Made by a program: the position numbers and the translations under genes
Assembly: GCA_963792415.1 (NCBI GenBank)
Contig: CAWBVY010000004.1
Span: forward strand, 160,001-224,000
Source: Candidatus Deferrimicrobiaceae bacterium
GTDB taxonomy: Bacteria > Desulfobacterota > Deferrimicrobia > Deferrimicrobiales > Deferrimicrobiaceae
Direction of reading: 5' to 3'
DNA: 64,000 nucleotides
In this document: positions 1 through 9,954 of the stretch, piece by piece
Layout: each line of letters begins with the position of its first letter
How positions within the stretch are numbered: the first letter of the stretch is position 1
The notes under the pieces: model-generated
The model's input: only the letters and a program-made list of their open reading frames with translations
The model's database searches: none
Told to the model about the DNA's origin: nothing

Positions 1-2626
1 TCTTCTCCTCCACCCGTTTCCCGAGGTTGCGGTCCCCCGCGACGCACCGGCACTTCAACAGCGCCTGCCGCTCCCACAGGTGCGCCGATTCCTCGTGGTA
101 CCGCTCGAAGGCCTCCAGCGAGGAGACCAGCGGGCCCGCGTTCCCCGAGGGGCGCAGGCGGGTATCGAGTCGGTAGACGAGTCCCTCCCGCGTCGAGGTC
201 GTGAGGATCGAGATCATCCGCTGCGCGACCTTGGCGAAATATTCGTGGTTGGAAATCTTCCGGAAGTCGCCGCCGCTTCGTCCGGGCTCCGGTGCGCTCT
301 CCCCCGGCCCCGAGTAGAGGAAGATGATGTCGAGGTCGCTGTGATAGGACAACTCCTCCGACCCGAGCTTCCCCATCCCCAGGACGCAGAAGGACGCCTC
401 CGCCCCCGTCGCGGTCTCCCTGGCGATGCCGAAGCGTCGGCGCACCTCGCGGATCGCGAGGTGCACCGCGTGGGAGAGAAGAACCTCCGCCAGCGCGGAA
501 AGCTGGAACATCCCCTCCTCCAGCGACAGGCTCCCCGCCATGTCGTGAATGCCGATCCGCAGCGTTTCGAGGTTCTTGAAGCGCCTCAGTTCGTCCAGCT
601 CCTGCTCGAAGTCGTCGCACCCCGTCAGCGCCTCCGCGAGACCGGTGCGCAGGTCCGACTTCGACTTGACCAGCGCGGAGAGATCGGTCCGCAGAAACGT
701 GTCCAGGAGCTCCGGGTGGCGCAGCAGGAAGCCGGAGAGGAAGCGGCTGCTTCCGAACATGCGCACGAGCGCCTCGATGACCTTCGGCTTCTCGTACAGG
801 AGGGCGTAGAACATCGTCCGCGCCCCGATGGCGGAGAGGAACCGCTCCACGTGGGCGAGCGCGAGGTCGGGGTCGGGGCTCTTCGCGACGCGGTGGAGAA
901 TCTCGGGACCGATCTTGTCCAGGTAGTGCCGCGCGCGCTGGGGGATCCGGACGTGGGGGGGACCGTACCGAAGGACTTCCAGGTTCCTCTGCGCCGCCTC
1001 GATGTCCCGGAACCCCAACCGGGCAAGGAGCGAAGGGGTATCCTCCGCGCCCCGCCCATGCAGGAAGAGCGCCTGCACCTCCCCGGGGATCCCCGGGGAC
1101 TCCTCCTCCCGCGCGCCGCCGAAAAGGCGGGCGTAGATCCCGTGAACCGCCGCCGCGTGGCGGTCGAGCGCGGAGAGCAGCGTCGGTGCGTCCCCGAGAC
1201 CCATCGCCCGCGCCAGGCGCGAAAGGTCCTCCTCCCGCTGGGGCAGGACGTGGGTCTGCCGCTCCCGGTGCGCCTGGATGCGGTGCTCGAGACGGCGGAG
1301 GAAATCATACGCGGCCGCAAGCCGATCCCGCTCCTCTTCCGCCACGATCCCCATCCCCGACAAGGCGGAGATCGTCTCCACCGTGCCGCGCAGCCGGAGC
1401 TTCGGCTCCTTCCCGCCGTAGATCAGCTGGTGCGCCTGGGCGAAGAACTCGATCTCCCGGATCCCCCCGAGGCCCAGCTTCACGTCCCTGTCAGACCGAA
1501 GGGACCGCGCGGCCGCGAGGTTGATCCGGTCCTTCATCCCCTTGATCTCCTCGATCGCGGTGAAATCGAGGGATTTGCGGTAGACGAAAGGTACGACGGA
1601 CCGGAGAAACTCCTCCCCGAGGGAGAGGTCCCCCGCCACGGGCCACGCCTTGATGAGCGCCGCGCGTTCCCACGTCTGCCCCCACGACTCGTAGTAGATC
1701 TCGGCGGAGCGCAGCGAATTGGCGAGCTCCCCGCGCGTCCCCTCGGGACGCAGCCGCAGATCCACCCGGAACACGAACCCGTCCTCCGTCGCTTCCGAAA
1801 CGATCCGGGAGACCGCTTCTCCAAGCCGGACGAAATACTCGTGGAGCGAAACGGACCGCACGGCCCCCTCCGTTCCCCCCTGATCCGTCTCGTAGAGATA
1901 GAGGATGTCGATGTCGGAGCTGAAGTTCAGCTCGTGCGCCCCCAGTTTCCCCATCCCCATGACGACGAACCGCGGGGTTCGTCGCGTACCCTCGGGAAGG
2001 ATCGCGACCGGGGCGCCGAGGCGCGCATCGAGCGCCCGGCGGGAGAAGCGGACCGCCCCTTCGAGCGCCGCCGACGCCAGCCGGGAAAGGTCCTCGGTGA
2101 TCTCGGGAAGCGGGGCGCCGCCGGAGAGGTCGCGCGCCGCGATCCGGGCGACCTCCCGGTGCTTCATCCGGCGCAGGTCGCGTTTCAGCTCCTCCTCCGT
2201 CGTGCACCGGTCCGCCGCCGCAATGGCCTCCTGCCCCAGTGCCTCCGGGCCGGGGCGCCGAAGGACCCCATCCTCGAGGAAGAGAAACCGGAAGATCTCC
2301 GGGCGCCTGGCGATCTGCTCCGGGATGAACTCCGAGCCCCCAAGAAGCGCCCCGATCAGGGGAAGAAGGTCCTCGCGGGCGAACGCCCGCTGCAGGAAGT
2401 CGCCGGGAAGGGAATCGACCCACCGCGACAGGTTGAGAAAGAAAAGGTCCGGGTCGGGCGCGGGGGCGGCGGCGCGGCAGATGCGATCCCATCCGGAGTG
2501 CTCCCGCGGAAGGAGGTCCAGGAGATCGGAAAGCAGCGACAGGGCGCGGGACGTGTCCCTGACGCCGATCTCCCGGAGCCGATCGGAGGTGGGACCGTGT
2601 CTCCCGGCAGGGGGGATCGGGCTCAA
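1..2626 (-). CDS. glnE: Bifunctional glutamine synthetase adenylyltransferase/adenylyl-removing enzyme; 3' end runs off the window
   Basis: Not in the ORF track because there is no stop in the window. Manual translation from TTG at 2626 (TTGA overlap with the mtnA stop) gives two nucleotidyltransferase motifs: GMGKLGAHELNFSSDIDI (~1960-1905) and GMGKLGSEELSYHSDLDI (~380-325). Confidence 0.9.
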   Translation of the reverse strand, partial: MSPIPPAGRHGPTSDRLREIGVRDTSRALSLLSDLLDLLPREHSGWDRICRAAAPAPDPDLFFLNLSRWVDSLPGDFLQRAFAREDLLPLIGALLGGSEFIPEQIARRPEIFRFLFLEDGVLRRPGPEALGQEAIAAADRCTTEEELKRDLRRMKHREVARIAARDLSGGAPLPEITEDLSRLASAALEGAVRFSRRALDARLGAPVAILPEGTRRTPRFVVMGMGKLGAHELNFSSDIDILYLYETDQGGTEGAVRSVSLHEYFVRLGEAVSRIVSEATEDGFVFRVDLRLRPEGTRGELANSLRSAEIYYESWGQTWERAALIKAWPVAGDLSLGEEFLRSVVPFVYRKSLDFTAIEEIKGMKDRINLAAARSLRSDRDVKLGLGGIREIEFFAQAHQLIYGGKEPKLRLRGTVETISALSGMGIVAEEERDRLAAAYDFLRRLEHRIQAHRERQTHVLPQREEDLSRLARAMGLGDAPTLLSALDRHAAAVHGIYARLFGGAREEESPGIPGEVQALFLHGRGAEDTPSLLARLGFRDIEAAQRNLEVLRYGPPHVRIPQRARHYLDKIGPEILHRVAKSPDPDLALAHVERFLSAIGARTMFYALLYEKPKVIEALVRMFGSSRFLSGFLLRHPELLDTFLRTDLSALVKSKSDLRTGLAEALTGCDDFEQELDELRRFKNLETLRIGIHDMAGSLSLEEGMFQLSALAEVLLSHAVHLAIREVRRRFGIARETATGAEASFCVLGMGKLGSEELSYHSDLDIIFLYSGPGESAPEPGRSGGDFRKISNHEYFAKVAQRMISILTTSTREGLVYRLDTRLRPSGNAGPLVSSLEAFERYHEESAHLWERQALLKCRCVAGDRNLGKRVEEK

Positions 2627-3660
2627 CGGAAAAGTTTCCGAAGGGCACGCGCCAGGGGCGGCTTGAGAACCCCTTTCTCGGTCACGATGGCGGAAACGAG
2701 GCGGGCCGGCGTCACGTCGAAGGCGGGGTTGTACACCTGGACACCTTCGGGCGCGAGCCGTCTCCCCATCAGGTGCGTCACCTCCGATGGATCGCGCTCC
2801 TCGATCGGAATCCGCTTCCCTGTCGGAATCTTCCGGTCGATCGTCGACACCGGGGCGGCCACGTAGAACGGGACCCTGTGCGCCTTGCACAGGACGGCGA
2901 CGCCGTACGTGCCGATTTTGTTCGCGACGTCCCCGTTCGCGGCGACCCGGTCCGCCCCGACCACGGCGGCGTCGATCCTTCCGGCGGCGAACAGGGAGGC
3001 GGCCATGTTGTCCGTGATCAGGGTGCACGGGATGCCGTCCTTCATCAGTTCCCACGCCGTCAGCCGGGCCCCCTGCAGGAACGGCCGCGTCTCGTCCACG
3101 TACACGTGGATCCGCTTCCCGGCCGCCACGGCGGAACGGATCACTCCCAGCGCCGTCCCGTACCCCGCGGTGGCAAGAGCGCCCGCGTTGCAGTGGGTCA
3201 GGACGCTCCCGAGCGCGGGAAGGAGCTTCGCCCCGTGCGCCCCCATCGCCCGGTTCGCCGCCACGTCCTCCTCGAACAGGGCGACCGCGAGTTTCTCGAG
3301 CCGGGAAAAGGCGGCGGCGGGATCGTCCGGCAGGGCCGCGGCCTCCCGGCGCATCCGGTCGATCGCCCAGAAGAGGTTGACCGCCGTCGGGCGGGTCCCC
3401 GCAAGCCCGGTCGCGGCCTCGTCGAACGCCCTCCGCCAGGGCCTCCCTTTCTTCCACGCCGCCCGGACGGCGAGGACCAGGCCGAACGCCGCGGACACGC
3501 CGATCGCCGGGGCGCCGCGCACCACCATCGTCCGGATCGCATCCGCCACGGAGGAGGAATCGGTGCACCGCCGCATCGACTCGACCATGGGGAGCACGCG
3601 CTGGTCCAGCAGCAGGAGGGCATCCCCCTCCCACGCCATCGTCCGGAACGTCCCGCTCAC
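2623..3660 (-). CDS. mtnA: S-methyl-5-thioribose-1-phosphate isomerase
   Basis: C-terminal part of ORF 2623..5367 with MVVRGAPAIG, RPTAVNL, THCNAGALATAGYGTALG, DETRPFLQGARLT and GDVANKIGTY; GTG start overlaps the pncB stop. Confidence 0.93.
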   Translation of the reverse strand: MSGTFRTMAWEGDALLLLDQRVLPMVESMRRCTDSSSVADAIRTMVVRGAPAIGVSAAFGLVLAVRAAWKKGRPWRRAFDEAATGLAGTRPTAVNLFWAIDRMRREAAALPDDPAAAFSRLEKLAVALFEEDVAANRAMGAHGAKLLPALGSVLTHCNAGALATAGYGTALGVIRSAVAAGKRIHVYVDETRPFLQGARLTAWELMKDGIPCTLITDNMAASLFAAGRIDAAVVGADRVAANGDVANKIGTYGVAVLCKAHRVPFYVAAPVSTIDRKIPTGKRIPIEERDPSEVTHLMGRRLAPEGVQVYNPAFDVTPARLVSAIVTEKGVLKPPLARALRKLFR

Positions 3661-4832
3661 GGGCGCGCCTCCCGCGCGTGGAACCGCTCCACCTGCCGGA
3701 GGACCCGGTCCCGGATCGCCCGGGGAGAAGAAGGAGTCTCCACCGGACGTCCGGCGCGCAGCGCAGGCCGCAACAGGGCCTCCCGGGCACCGCCGCAGGG
3801 GCAGCGCCCCGGCGGGTCCGCGGCGGGGCGGACCGTCCGGGCACCGCACGCCTCGCACGCGTGCACCTGCTTGCGGCCGGACCGCTTCCCCCGCTTCGCG
3901 AAAGGGACGCCCTCCACTTCCACGATGTCGAGCGCGTAGTCGATCGTGGGCGCGTTGCTCAGGGAGGTCCCGACGCCGAAGCCGTCCGCCGCGTCGCGAA
4001 GCGCCCGCACCTCCTCCTCTCCCAGCCCGCCGGAGGCGATCAGGCGCACGTGCCGGAAGCCGCGCAGATCCAGCTCCCACCGCACCTCCTGGAGGATCCG
4101 CCGGAAATCGCCCCGGCGCGACCCCGGCGTGTCGAGCCGGACGGCGGACAACCGTTCCCGCAGCGCCTCGGCCACCCGCACCGCCTCGAACTTCTCGTCC
4201 TGGAGCGTGTCGACGAGGCAGACCCGTGGAACCGCCGGGTCCACCGCCGCGTCGAAGGCCCGCATCGCCGTCACCGTGTCTCCGAGGACCAGGACGAGCG
4301 CGTGCGGCATCGTCCCCTGCGGCGTCTCGCCGAGGAACGCGGCGCTGCGGATCGCCGAGACCCCGTCCGCGCCGCCGATGAAGGCGTTCCGGTCGATCAT
4401 CGTGGAGAGGGCCGGGTGCATCCTGCGGGCCCCGAAGCTCAGGACCGGCTTCTCCCCGGCCGCGTGCTTGACCCGCGACGCCGCCGTGGCGATCCCGGAC
4501 GCCTGGCAGACCGTCCCCAGCATCGCCGTCTCCAGCTCGCAGAAGGCGCCGTACGGCCCCTCGATGGAGAGGACGGTCTCGAAGGGGAAAAAGAGGCTCC
4601 CTTCCCCCATCCCCTCGACGTCGACATCGGCCCCAGCGAGCAGCGACAGCATCTCGTCCATCCCGGAGAGGACGGCATACCCGTAGCCGGTCGGGAACTT
4701 CTTGACGATCGCCTCGGCGGTCACACGCACGCGGTCCTTCCCGGTCGCGCGCAGCACCTCCATCGTCCGGCGGAAGTAGACGTCGGTCGTTTCCCCGCGG
4801 AGGATCTCGTCGCGGGTCGGGATGAGATCCAT
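3657..4832 (-). CDS. pncB: Nicotinate phosphoribosyltransferase
   Basis: TDVYF, SFGARRMHP, GTMPHAL, VRLDTP and FGVGT motifs; adjacent to the nicotinamidase gene. Confidence 0.88.
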   Translation of the reverse strand: MDLIPTRDEILRGETTDVYFRRTMEVLRATGKDRVRVTAEAIVKKFPTGYGYAVLSGMDEMLSLLAGADVDVEGMGEGSLFFPFETVLSIEGPYGAFCELETAMLGTVCQASGIATAASRVKHAAGEKPVLSFGARRMHPALSTMIDRNAFIGGADGVSAIRSAAFLGETPQGTMPHALVLVLGDTVTAMRAFDAAVDPAVPRVCLVDTLQDEKFEAVRVAEALRERLSAVRLDTPGSRRGDFRRILQEVRWELDLRGFRHVRLIASGGLGEEEVRALRDAADGFGVGTSLSNAPTIDYALDIVEVEGVPFAKRGKRSGRKQVHACEACGARTVRPAADPPGRCPCGGAREALLRPALRAGRPVETPSSPRAIRDRVLRQVERFHAREARP

Positions 4833-4855
4833 CGGAGCCTCCTTGATGGGGGGGA

Positions 4856-5425
4856 TCAACGGCGGGGGGCGGACCGAACCGGGCGGCGGACCACCCGGAC
4901 TCCCAGCACGCGCTCCATCTGATCGAGGGCGAACGCGTGCGCGTCGGGCGCAAGCCCCGCCACGAACCGCTCATCCACCGTCGCGTCGTAGCCGCGCATC
5001 GCGGCGTCGGCCGCCGTGTAGAGGATGCAGATGTTGGTGACGCAGCCGGCGAGCGTGAGGCTCCGGATCCCGTTTCGCCGGAGAATGAAGTGAAGCGGCG
5101 TGGCGTGGAACCCGGAATAGGTGCGCTTCTCCACCACCACGTCCCCCGGCTCCGGGGCGAGGGAGGGGACGACCCCCGCGCCGGAAGTACCTTCCACGGC
5201 GTGGGGCGGCCACCCCATCCGCGCGAATTCGGGATCGTTCTTCCTGTGGGAATCGCAGACGTACACGACGAGTTCCCCTTCCCGCCGCGCCTTCGCGATC
5301 CGGCGGCGCAGCGCAGGGAGAATCGCCCGCGTCCCCGGCACCTCCAGGGGGGCCCCGGGACGGACAAAGTCGTTCAGCATGTCGACGACGATCAGCGCCT
5401 TCTTCCCAGACGCCCCGGCCTTCAC
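4856..5425 (-). CDS. pncA: Nicotinamidase / isochorismatase-family cysteine hydrolase
   Basis: ALIVVDMLNDF, DSH, WPPHA, EKRTYSGF and GCVTNICI motifs; GTG start after GGAGG; lies upstream of pncB. Confidence 0.75.
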   Translation of the reverse strand: MKAGASGKKALIVVDMLNDFVRPGAPLEVPGTRAILPALRRRIAKARREGELVVYVCDSHRKNDPEFARMGWPPHAVEGTSGAGVVPSLAPEPGDVVVEKRTYSGFHATPLHFILRRNGIRSLTLAGCVTNICILYTAADAAMRGYDATVDERFVAGLAPDAHAFALDQMERVLGVRVVRRPVRSAPRR

Positions 5426-5474
5426 CGCACCCTCCTCCATTCCCCCCCGTCGGCGAACGCGGACATTTTTCCCA

Positions 5475-6902
5475 TCATACCATCGGGGGGCCGAGCTTCT
5501 TCCTCAACGCCTCCTGGACCATCTTGGGATTGGCCTTCCCCCGGCTTTCCTTCATCACCTGCCCGACGAAGAAGGAGAGGAGCCCCGCCTTCCCGGCCCG
5601 GTAGCCCTCGACCTCCTTCGGGCTCGCCGCGAGGACCTTGTCCACGAGAAGATCCAGCGCGGAGGTGTCGGAGAGCTGGGTCAGCCCCTGCTCGTCCCGA
5701 AGCGTCCGGAACGGCTTCCCGGTCGACAGGACAAGCTCCACGAGCTTCTTGGAGGCGGTGGCGGAGATCATCCCCCGCTCCCGGTCCTCGACCGCCTGGG
5801 CGATCGTCTCCGGGGAGAGCGTCCCCGCGAGGACGGCGTCCTTCCAGTGGACGCACTCGTTCGCCGTCGTCTTCGGGTTCCCGCCGTAGATCGCCGCGGA
5901 CGCCTCGAAGAAATCCGCCAGCGCACGGGTCGAAGCGAGGATCCCCGCGTCGTAGCGTGGAATCCCGTACTGCGCCCCTAGCCGCGCGATCTTCTCGGCC
6001 GGCATCTCCGGGATCGTCGCGCGCAGCTCCTCGATCCATGGATCGTCCACGATCAGCGGGAGCAGGTCCGGGTCGGGAAAGTACCGGTAGTCGTGCGCCT
6101 CCTCCTTCCGGCGCATCGACACGGTGACGCCCGCGTTCGCGTCCCAGAGCCGCGTCTCCTGCACCACCTTCCCCCCGTCCTCGATCAGCTCCACCTGCCG
6201 CCGGATTTCATACTCGAGCGCCTTCTCGACGTTTCGGAAGGAGTTCATGTTCTTCAGCTCGGCCTTCGTGCCGAACGCCGCCTGACCGACCGGACGGACC
6301 GAGACGTTCGCGTCGCACCGGAACGACCCCTCCTCCATGTTCCCGTCGCACACCCCGAGGTAGACGAGGATGTCGTGCAGGCGCCGCAGGTACGCGCCGC
6401 CCTCCTCCGGCGTCCGCATGTCGGGCTCGGAGACGATCTCCATCAGGGGGACGGAGCACCGGTTGAGATCCGCGAGCGACGCCTGCGCTCCTGCGAACTC
6501 CCCTTCGTGGACGAGCTTCCCGGCATCCTCCTCCATGTGGATCCGCGTGATCCCGATCCGCTTCGTCCCGCCGTCGACCTCGATGTCGACGTGGCCGCCG
6601 AGGGCGATCGGCAGCTCGTACTGCGAGATCTGGTACGCCTTGGGGAGGTCCGGGTAGAAGTAGTTCTTGCGGGCGAAGACGCTCCTGCGCTGCACCGCGC
6701 AGGAGGTGGCGAGCGCCGTCCGGATCGCGCACTCCACCGCCTTGCGGTTGAGCACCGGGAGCACGCCCGGCATGCCGGTGCACACGGGGCAGGTGTTCGC
6801 GTTGGGGGCGGCGCCGAACGCCGTGGAGCAGGCGCAGAAGATCTTGCTCCGCGTGGAGAGCTGGGCGTGGACCTCCAGACCGATGACCGTCTCGAACGCC
6901 AT
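5475..6902 (-). CDS. gatB: Asp/Glu-tRNA amidotransferase subunit B
   Basis: IGLEVHAQL, RKNYFYPDLPKAYQISQ, RIHMEEDAGK and DYRYFPDPDL motifs. Confidence 0.97.
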   Translation of the reverse strand: MAFETVIGLEVHAQLSTRSKIFCACSTAFGAAPNANTCPVCTGMPGVLPVLNRKAVECAIRTALATSCAVQRRSVFARKNYFYPDLPKAYQISQYELPIALGGHVDIEVDGGTKRIGITRIHMEEDAGKLVHEGEFAGAQASLADLNRCSVPLMEIVSEPDMRTPEEGGAYLRRLHDILVYLGVCDGNMEEGSFRCDANVSVRPVGQAAFGTKAELKNMNSFRNVEKALEYEIRRQVELIEDGGKVVQETRLWDANAGVTVSMRRKEEAHDYRYFPDPDLLPLIVDDPWIEELRATIPEMPAEKIARLGAQYGIPRYDAGILASTRALADFFEASAAIYGGNPKTTANECVHWKDAVLAGTLSPETIAQAVEDRERGMISATASKKLVELVLSTGKPFRTLRDEQGLTQLSDTSALDLLVDKVLAASPKEVEGYRAGKAGLLSFFVGQVMKESRGKANPKMVQEALRKKLGPPMV

Positions 6903-6908
6903 CGCTTC

Positions 6909-8384
6909 CTATCCGTCCAGCGGCGCCACGCGCCGCAACGGGAGGGCGCGCTCGATCGCACCGGCGGCGGTGAACATCGTCTCCTCCCGGAACGAATTCG
7001 AGAGAAGCTGCGCCCCGATGGGGAGTCCCTCCGCGGAAAAACCGCACGGCACGGAGATCCCCGGGATGCCGGCCAGGTTGCAAGGAATCGTGTAGATGTC
7101 GGACAGGTACATTGTGAGCGGATCGCCCGTCTTCTCCCCGAGCCGGAACGCCGGCGTCGGGGCGGTGGGAGTGAGGAGCACGTCCGCCGCCTCGAACGCC
7201 TTCGCGAAATCGTCCCGGATCAGGGTGCGGACCTTCTGCGCCTTTCCGTAAAAGGCGTCGTAGTAGCCGGCGGAGAGCGCATAGGTGCCGATCATGATGC
7301 GGCGCTTCACTTCGTCGCCGAACCCCTCCGCCCGCGTCCGGGACATCATCTCGATCAGGCCCGAGGCCCCCTCCGCCCTGTGGCCGTACCGGACGCCGTC
7401 GTACCGCGCGAGGTTGGACGACGCCTCCGCGGGGGCGATCAGATAGTACGTGGAGAGGGCGAACGAAGTGTGCGGCAGCGAGACCTCCACCACGACGGCG
7501 CCCTGATCGGTCAACGCCTTCAGCGCCTTTTCCACCGCCGCGCGGACCTCCGGGGAAAGCCCGTCTCCCCCGTAATATTCTTTCGGCAGGCCGACGCGGA
7601 GCCCCTTGACCGGGCGCTCCACCGCGGCGAGGTAGTCCGGCACGGGGGTGTCCACGCAGGTCGAGTCGCGCCGGTCGTACCCCGCGATCACGCCGAGCAG
7701 GGCCGCCGCGTCCGCCACGGTCCGCGCAATCGGGCCGCCCTGGTCGAGCGACGACGCGAAGGCGACCATCCCGTAGCGCGACACCCGGCCGTACGTCGGC
7801 TTGACCCCCACCACGCCGCAAAGGGAGGCCGGCTGGCGGATCGAGCCGCCGGTGTCGGTCCCGACCCCGGCGAAGCACATCGCGGCGGCCACCGCCGCCG
7901 CCGTCCCCCCCGAGGAGCCGCCCGGGATGCGGGAGAGGTCCCACGGATTGCGCGTGGCGCCGAAGAAGGAGGTCTCCGTCGAGGAGCCCATCGCGAATTC
8001 GTCCATGTTGTGCTTCCCCGGAACGACGGCGCCGGCGGCGAGGACCTTCTCCGTCACGCAGGCGTCGTAGGGAGGGAGGAAGTCCCGCAGGATCCGGCTC
8101 CCGCAGGTGGTGCGCACGCCGCGGGTGCAGAAGATGTCCTTGAGCCCGACGGGGACGCCGTGGAACGGCCCGCGAAGGGATCCCTTCGCCTGCTCCTCGT
8201 CGCACGCGGCGGCCTGGGCCGCCGCCGCTTCCGGAAGGACGGTGACGTACGCGTGGACCTTCGGATCGACCGCCTCGATCCGCGCGAGGATCGCCGCGGT
8301 CAGCTCGCGGGAGGAGATCTCCTTCTCCCGCACCCTGCGCGCCGCATCGAGGAGGGTCCACTCGTGGACCGGAACGTTCGTCAT
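6909..8384 (-). CDS. gatA: Asp/Glu-tRNA amidotransferase subunit A
   Basis: Amidase signature [19 protein letters not shown] and [17 protein letters not shown]. Confidence 0.97.
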   Translation of the reverse strand: MTNVPVHEWTLLDAARRVREKEISSRELTAAILARIEAVDPKVHAYVTVLPEAAAAQAAACDEEQAKGSLRGPFHGVPVGLKDIFCTRGVRTTCGSRILRDFLPPYDACVTEKVLAAGAVVPGKHNMDEFAMGSSTETSFFGATRNPWDLSRIPGGSSGGTAAAVAAAMCFAGVGTDTGGSIRQPASLCGVVGVKPTYGRVSRYGMVAFASSLDQGGPIARTVADAAALLGVIAGYDRRDSTCVDTPVPDYLAAVERPVKGLRVGLPKEYYGGDGLSPEVRAAVEKALKALTDQGAVVVEVSLPHTSFALSTYYLIAPAEASSNLARYDGVRYGHRAEGASGLIEMMSRTRAEGFGDEVKRRIMIGTYALSAGYYDAFYGKAQKVRTLIRDDFAKAFEAADVLLTPTAPTPAFRLGEKTGDPLTMYLSDIYTIPCNLAGIPGISVPCGFSAEGLPIGAQLLSNSFREETMFTAAGAIERALPLRRVAPLDG

Positions 8385-8403
8385 GCGGTTCGCCGGGTCC
8401 TTT

Positions 8404-8694
8404 CTAATCTTCGATGATCCGCGGGACGCGGAAGCAGTCGTTCTGCCGGTCGGGGGCGTTCGCGAGGAGCGCTTCCCTGTCCCCGAACGGTTCCACCACG
8501 TCGTCGCGGAATGGGGTGCCCGTCTCGATGGCGTGGGACGTGGGGACCACGTCCCTGGTGTCGAGCCGGTCGAGCTGCTTCACGTAGTCGAGAATGGAGG
8601 AAAGCTCCCCTCGAAGGCGCTCGGCCTCGGCCTCGGGCAGCGCAAGGCGCGCCAGGCGGGCGACGTGCAGCACCTCATCCCGCGTGATCGCCAT
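8404..8694 (-). CDS. gatC: Asp/Glu-tRNA amidotransferase subunit C
   Basis: [17 protein letters not shown]...FRVPRIIED; upstream of gatA; GGAGG RBS. Confidence 0.95.
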   Translation of the reverse strand: MAITRDEVLHVARLARLALPEAEAERLRGELSSILDYVKQLDRLDTRDVVPTSHAIETGTPFRDDVVEPFGDREALLANAPDRQNDCFRVPRIIED

Positions 8695-8754
8695 CGGACC
8701 TCCCCCCGTGGAGTTAAAACGTAAATCTACCATACCGGCGGGTATGATGTACCC

Positions 8755-9885
8755 ATGACGACGCACCGGTTCTTCGCTACGACGTTCAAGGGGCTGGAAG
8801 ACGCACTGGCGGGGGAGATCGCGGCCCTCGGCGGGGAAGACGTGTCCACGGGCGCCGGATCCGTCGCCTTCTCCGGCGACATGGCGCTCTGCTACCGCGC
8901 CAACCTCTGGCTCCGGTCGGCCAACCGGGTCGTCCTGCTCCTGTCGGAGTTCCACGCGCCGACCCCCGCGGCCCTCTACGAAGGGGCGAGCGGGATCCCC
9001 TGGGCGGAGCTGTTCTCGCCGGACCGGACGATCGCGGTCGACGCCACGGTGCGCGACTCCGGCATCACCCACTCCCACTTCGCGGCGCAGAAGACGAAGG
9101 ACGCGATCGTCGACCGGTTCCGCGAGACGGTCGGGCGGCGGCCGGACGTGGATGCGAAGTCCCCGGAGGTGCGGATCGTCGTCCGGATCGTGCGCGACGC
9201 GTGCGCCGTCTCGCTCGACACCTCGGGCGAGAGCCTGAACCGGCGCGGCTACCGGGCGAGCCCGTCGGAGGCGTCGCTCAAGGAGACGCTGGCCGCGGGA
9301 CTTCTTCTGCTCGCCGGGTGGCAGGGGGACGAGCCGCTGATCGACCCGGCGTGCGGCGCCGGGACGATCCCGATCGAGGCGGCGCTGATCGCGGGGAACA
9401 TTGCGCCGGGGTCCCTCGGGCGCGACTTCGGGTTCCAGCGCCTCCACGGGTTCGACCGGAAGCGGTGGGAGGCGCTCCTGTCGGAGGCGAAGGAAGCGGC
9501 CCGTCACCCGGTACCGGTGCGGATCGAGGGAAGCGACATCGCCCCGGGGGTGGTGGCCGGTGCGATGAAGAACGCTGCATCCGCAAATGTCAATGAACGG
9601 GTGCTGTTTAATGCACGATCGGTCCGCAATTTCGACCCGGGGGAAGGGCCGGGGACGATCCTGTGCAACCCCCCGTACGGCGTCCGCCTCCCCGGCGGCG
9701 GGGAGGTCGAGGCGTTCTACCGGGAGATGGGAGAGGCGCTCAAAAAGCGGTGCCGGGGGTGGACGGCGTACCTGCTCTCCGGCAACTCCGCCGTCACCCG
9801 CTTCCTCGGCCTGAAGGCGTCGCGGAAGTTCCCCGTCATGAACGGCCCGATCGACTGCCGCCTGCTGAAGTACGAACTGTACTAG
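8755..9885 (+). CDS. THUMP-domain class I SAM-dependent RNA methyltransferase (RlmL-like)
   Basis: NLWLRSANRV, SLDTSGESLNRRGYR, LKETLAAG, DPACGAGTIPIEAA and CNPPYG motifs. Confidence 0.88.
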   Translation: MTTHRFFATTFKGLEDALAGEIAALGGEDVSTGAGSVAFSGDMALCYRANLWLRSANRVVLLLSEFHAPTPAALYEGASGIPWAELFSPDRTIAVDATVRDSGITHSHFAAQKTKDAIVDRFRETVGRRPDVDAKSPEVRIVVRIVRDACAVSLDTSGESLNRRGYRASPSEASLKETLAAGLLLLAGWQGDEPLIDPACGAGTIPIEAALIAGNIAPGSLGRDFGFQRLHGFDRKRWEALLSEAKEAARHPVPVRIEGSDIAPGVVAGAMKNAASANVNERVLFNARSVRNFDPGEGPGTILCNPPYGVRLPGGGEVEAFYREMGEALKKRCRGWTAYLLSGNSAVTRFLGLKASRKFPVMNGPIDCRLLKYELY

Positions 9886-9954
9886 GCCGCTTCACTCCCT
9901 CATCGCACCAGGCAGAGGCGGTCGGGGGACGAGGATCCGACATCCCTTCGGGAT

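Noticed and set aside
80-2866. 928-aa plus-strand ORF and many other long Arg/Pro/Gly-rich ORFs (e.g. 6093..8417, 16770..19004, 43388..45469, 45364..47994, 62316..63821)
   Set aside because: They are antisense or off-frame shadows of real genes (glnE, gatAB, uvrD, atp, gyrB), as expected at this GC content; no recognisable motifs.
2623-5367. Apparent 914-aa fusion ending in MtnA
   Set aside because: The upstream part overlaps pncB and pncA in other frames and is low-complexity; mtnA has its own GTG start at 3660.
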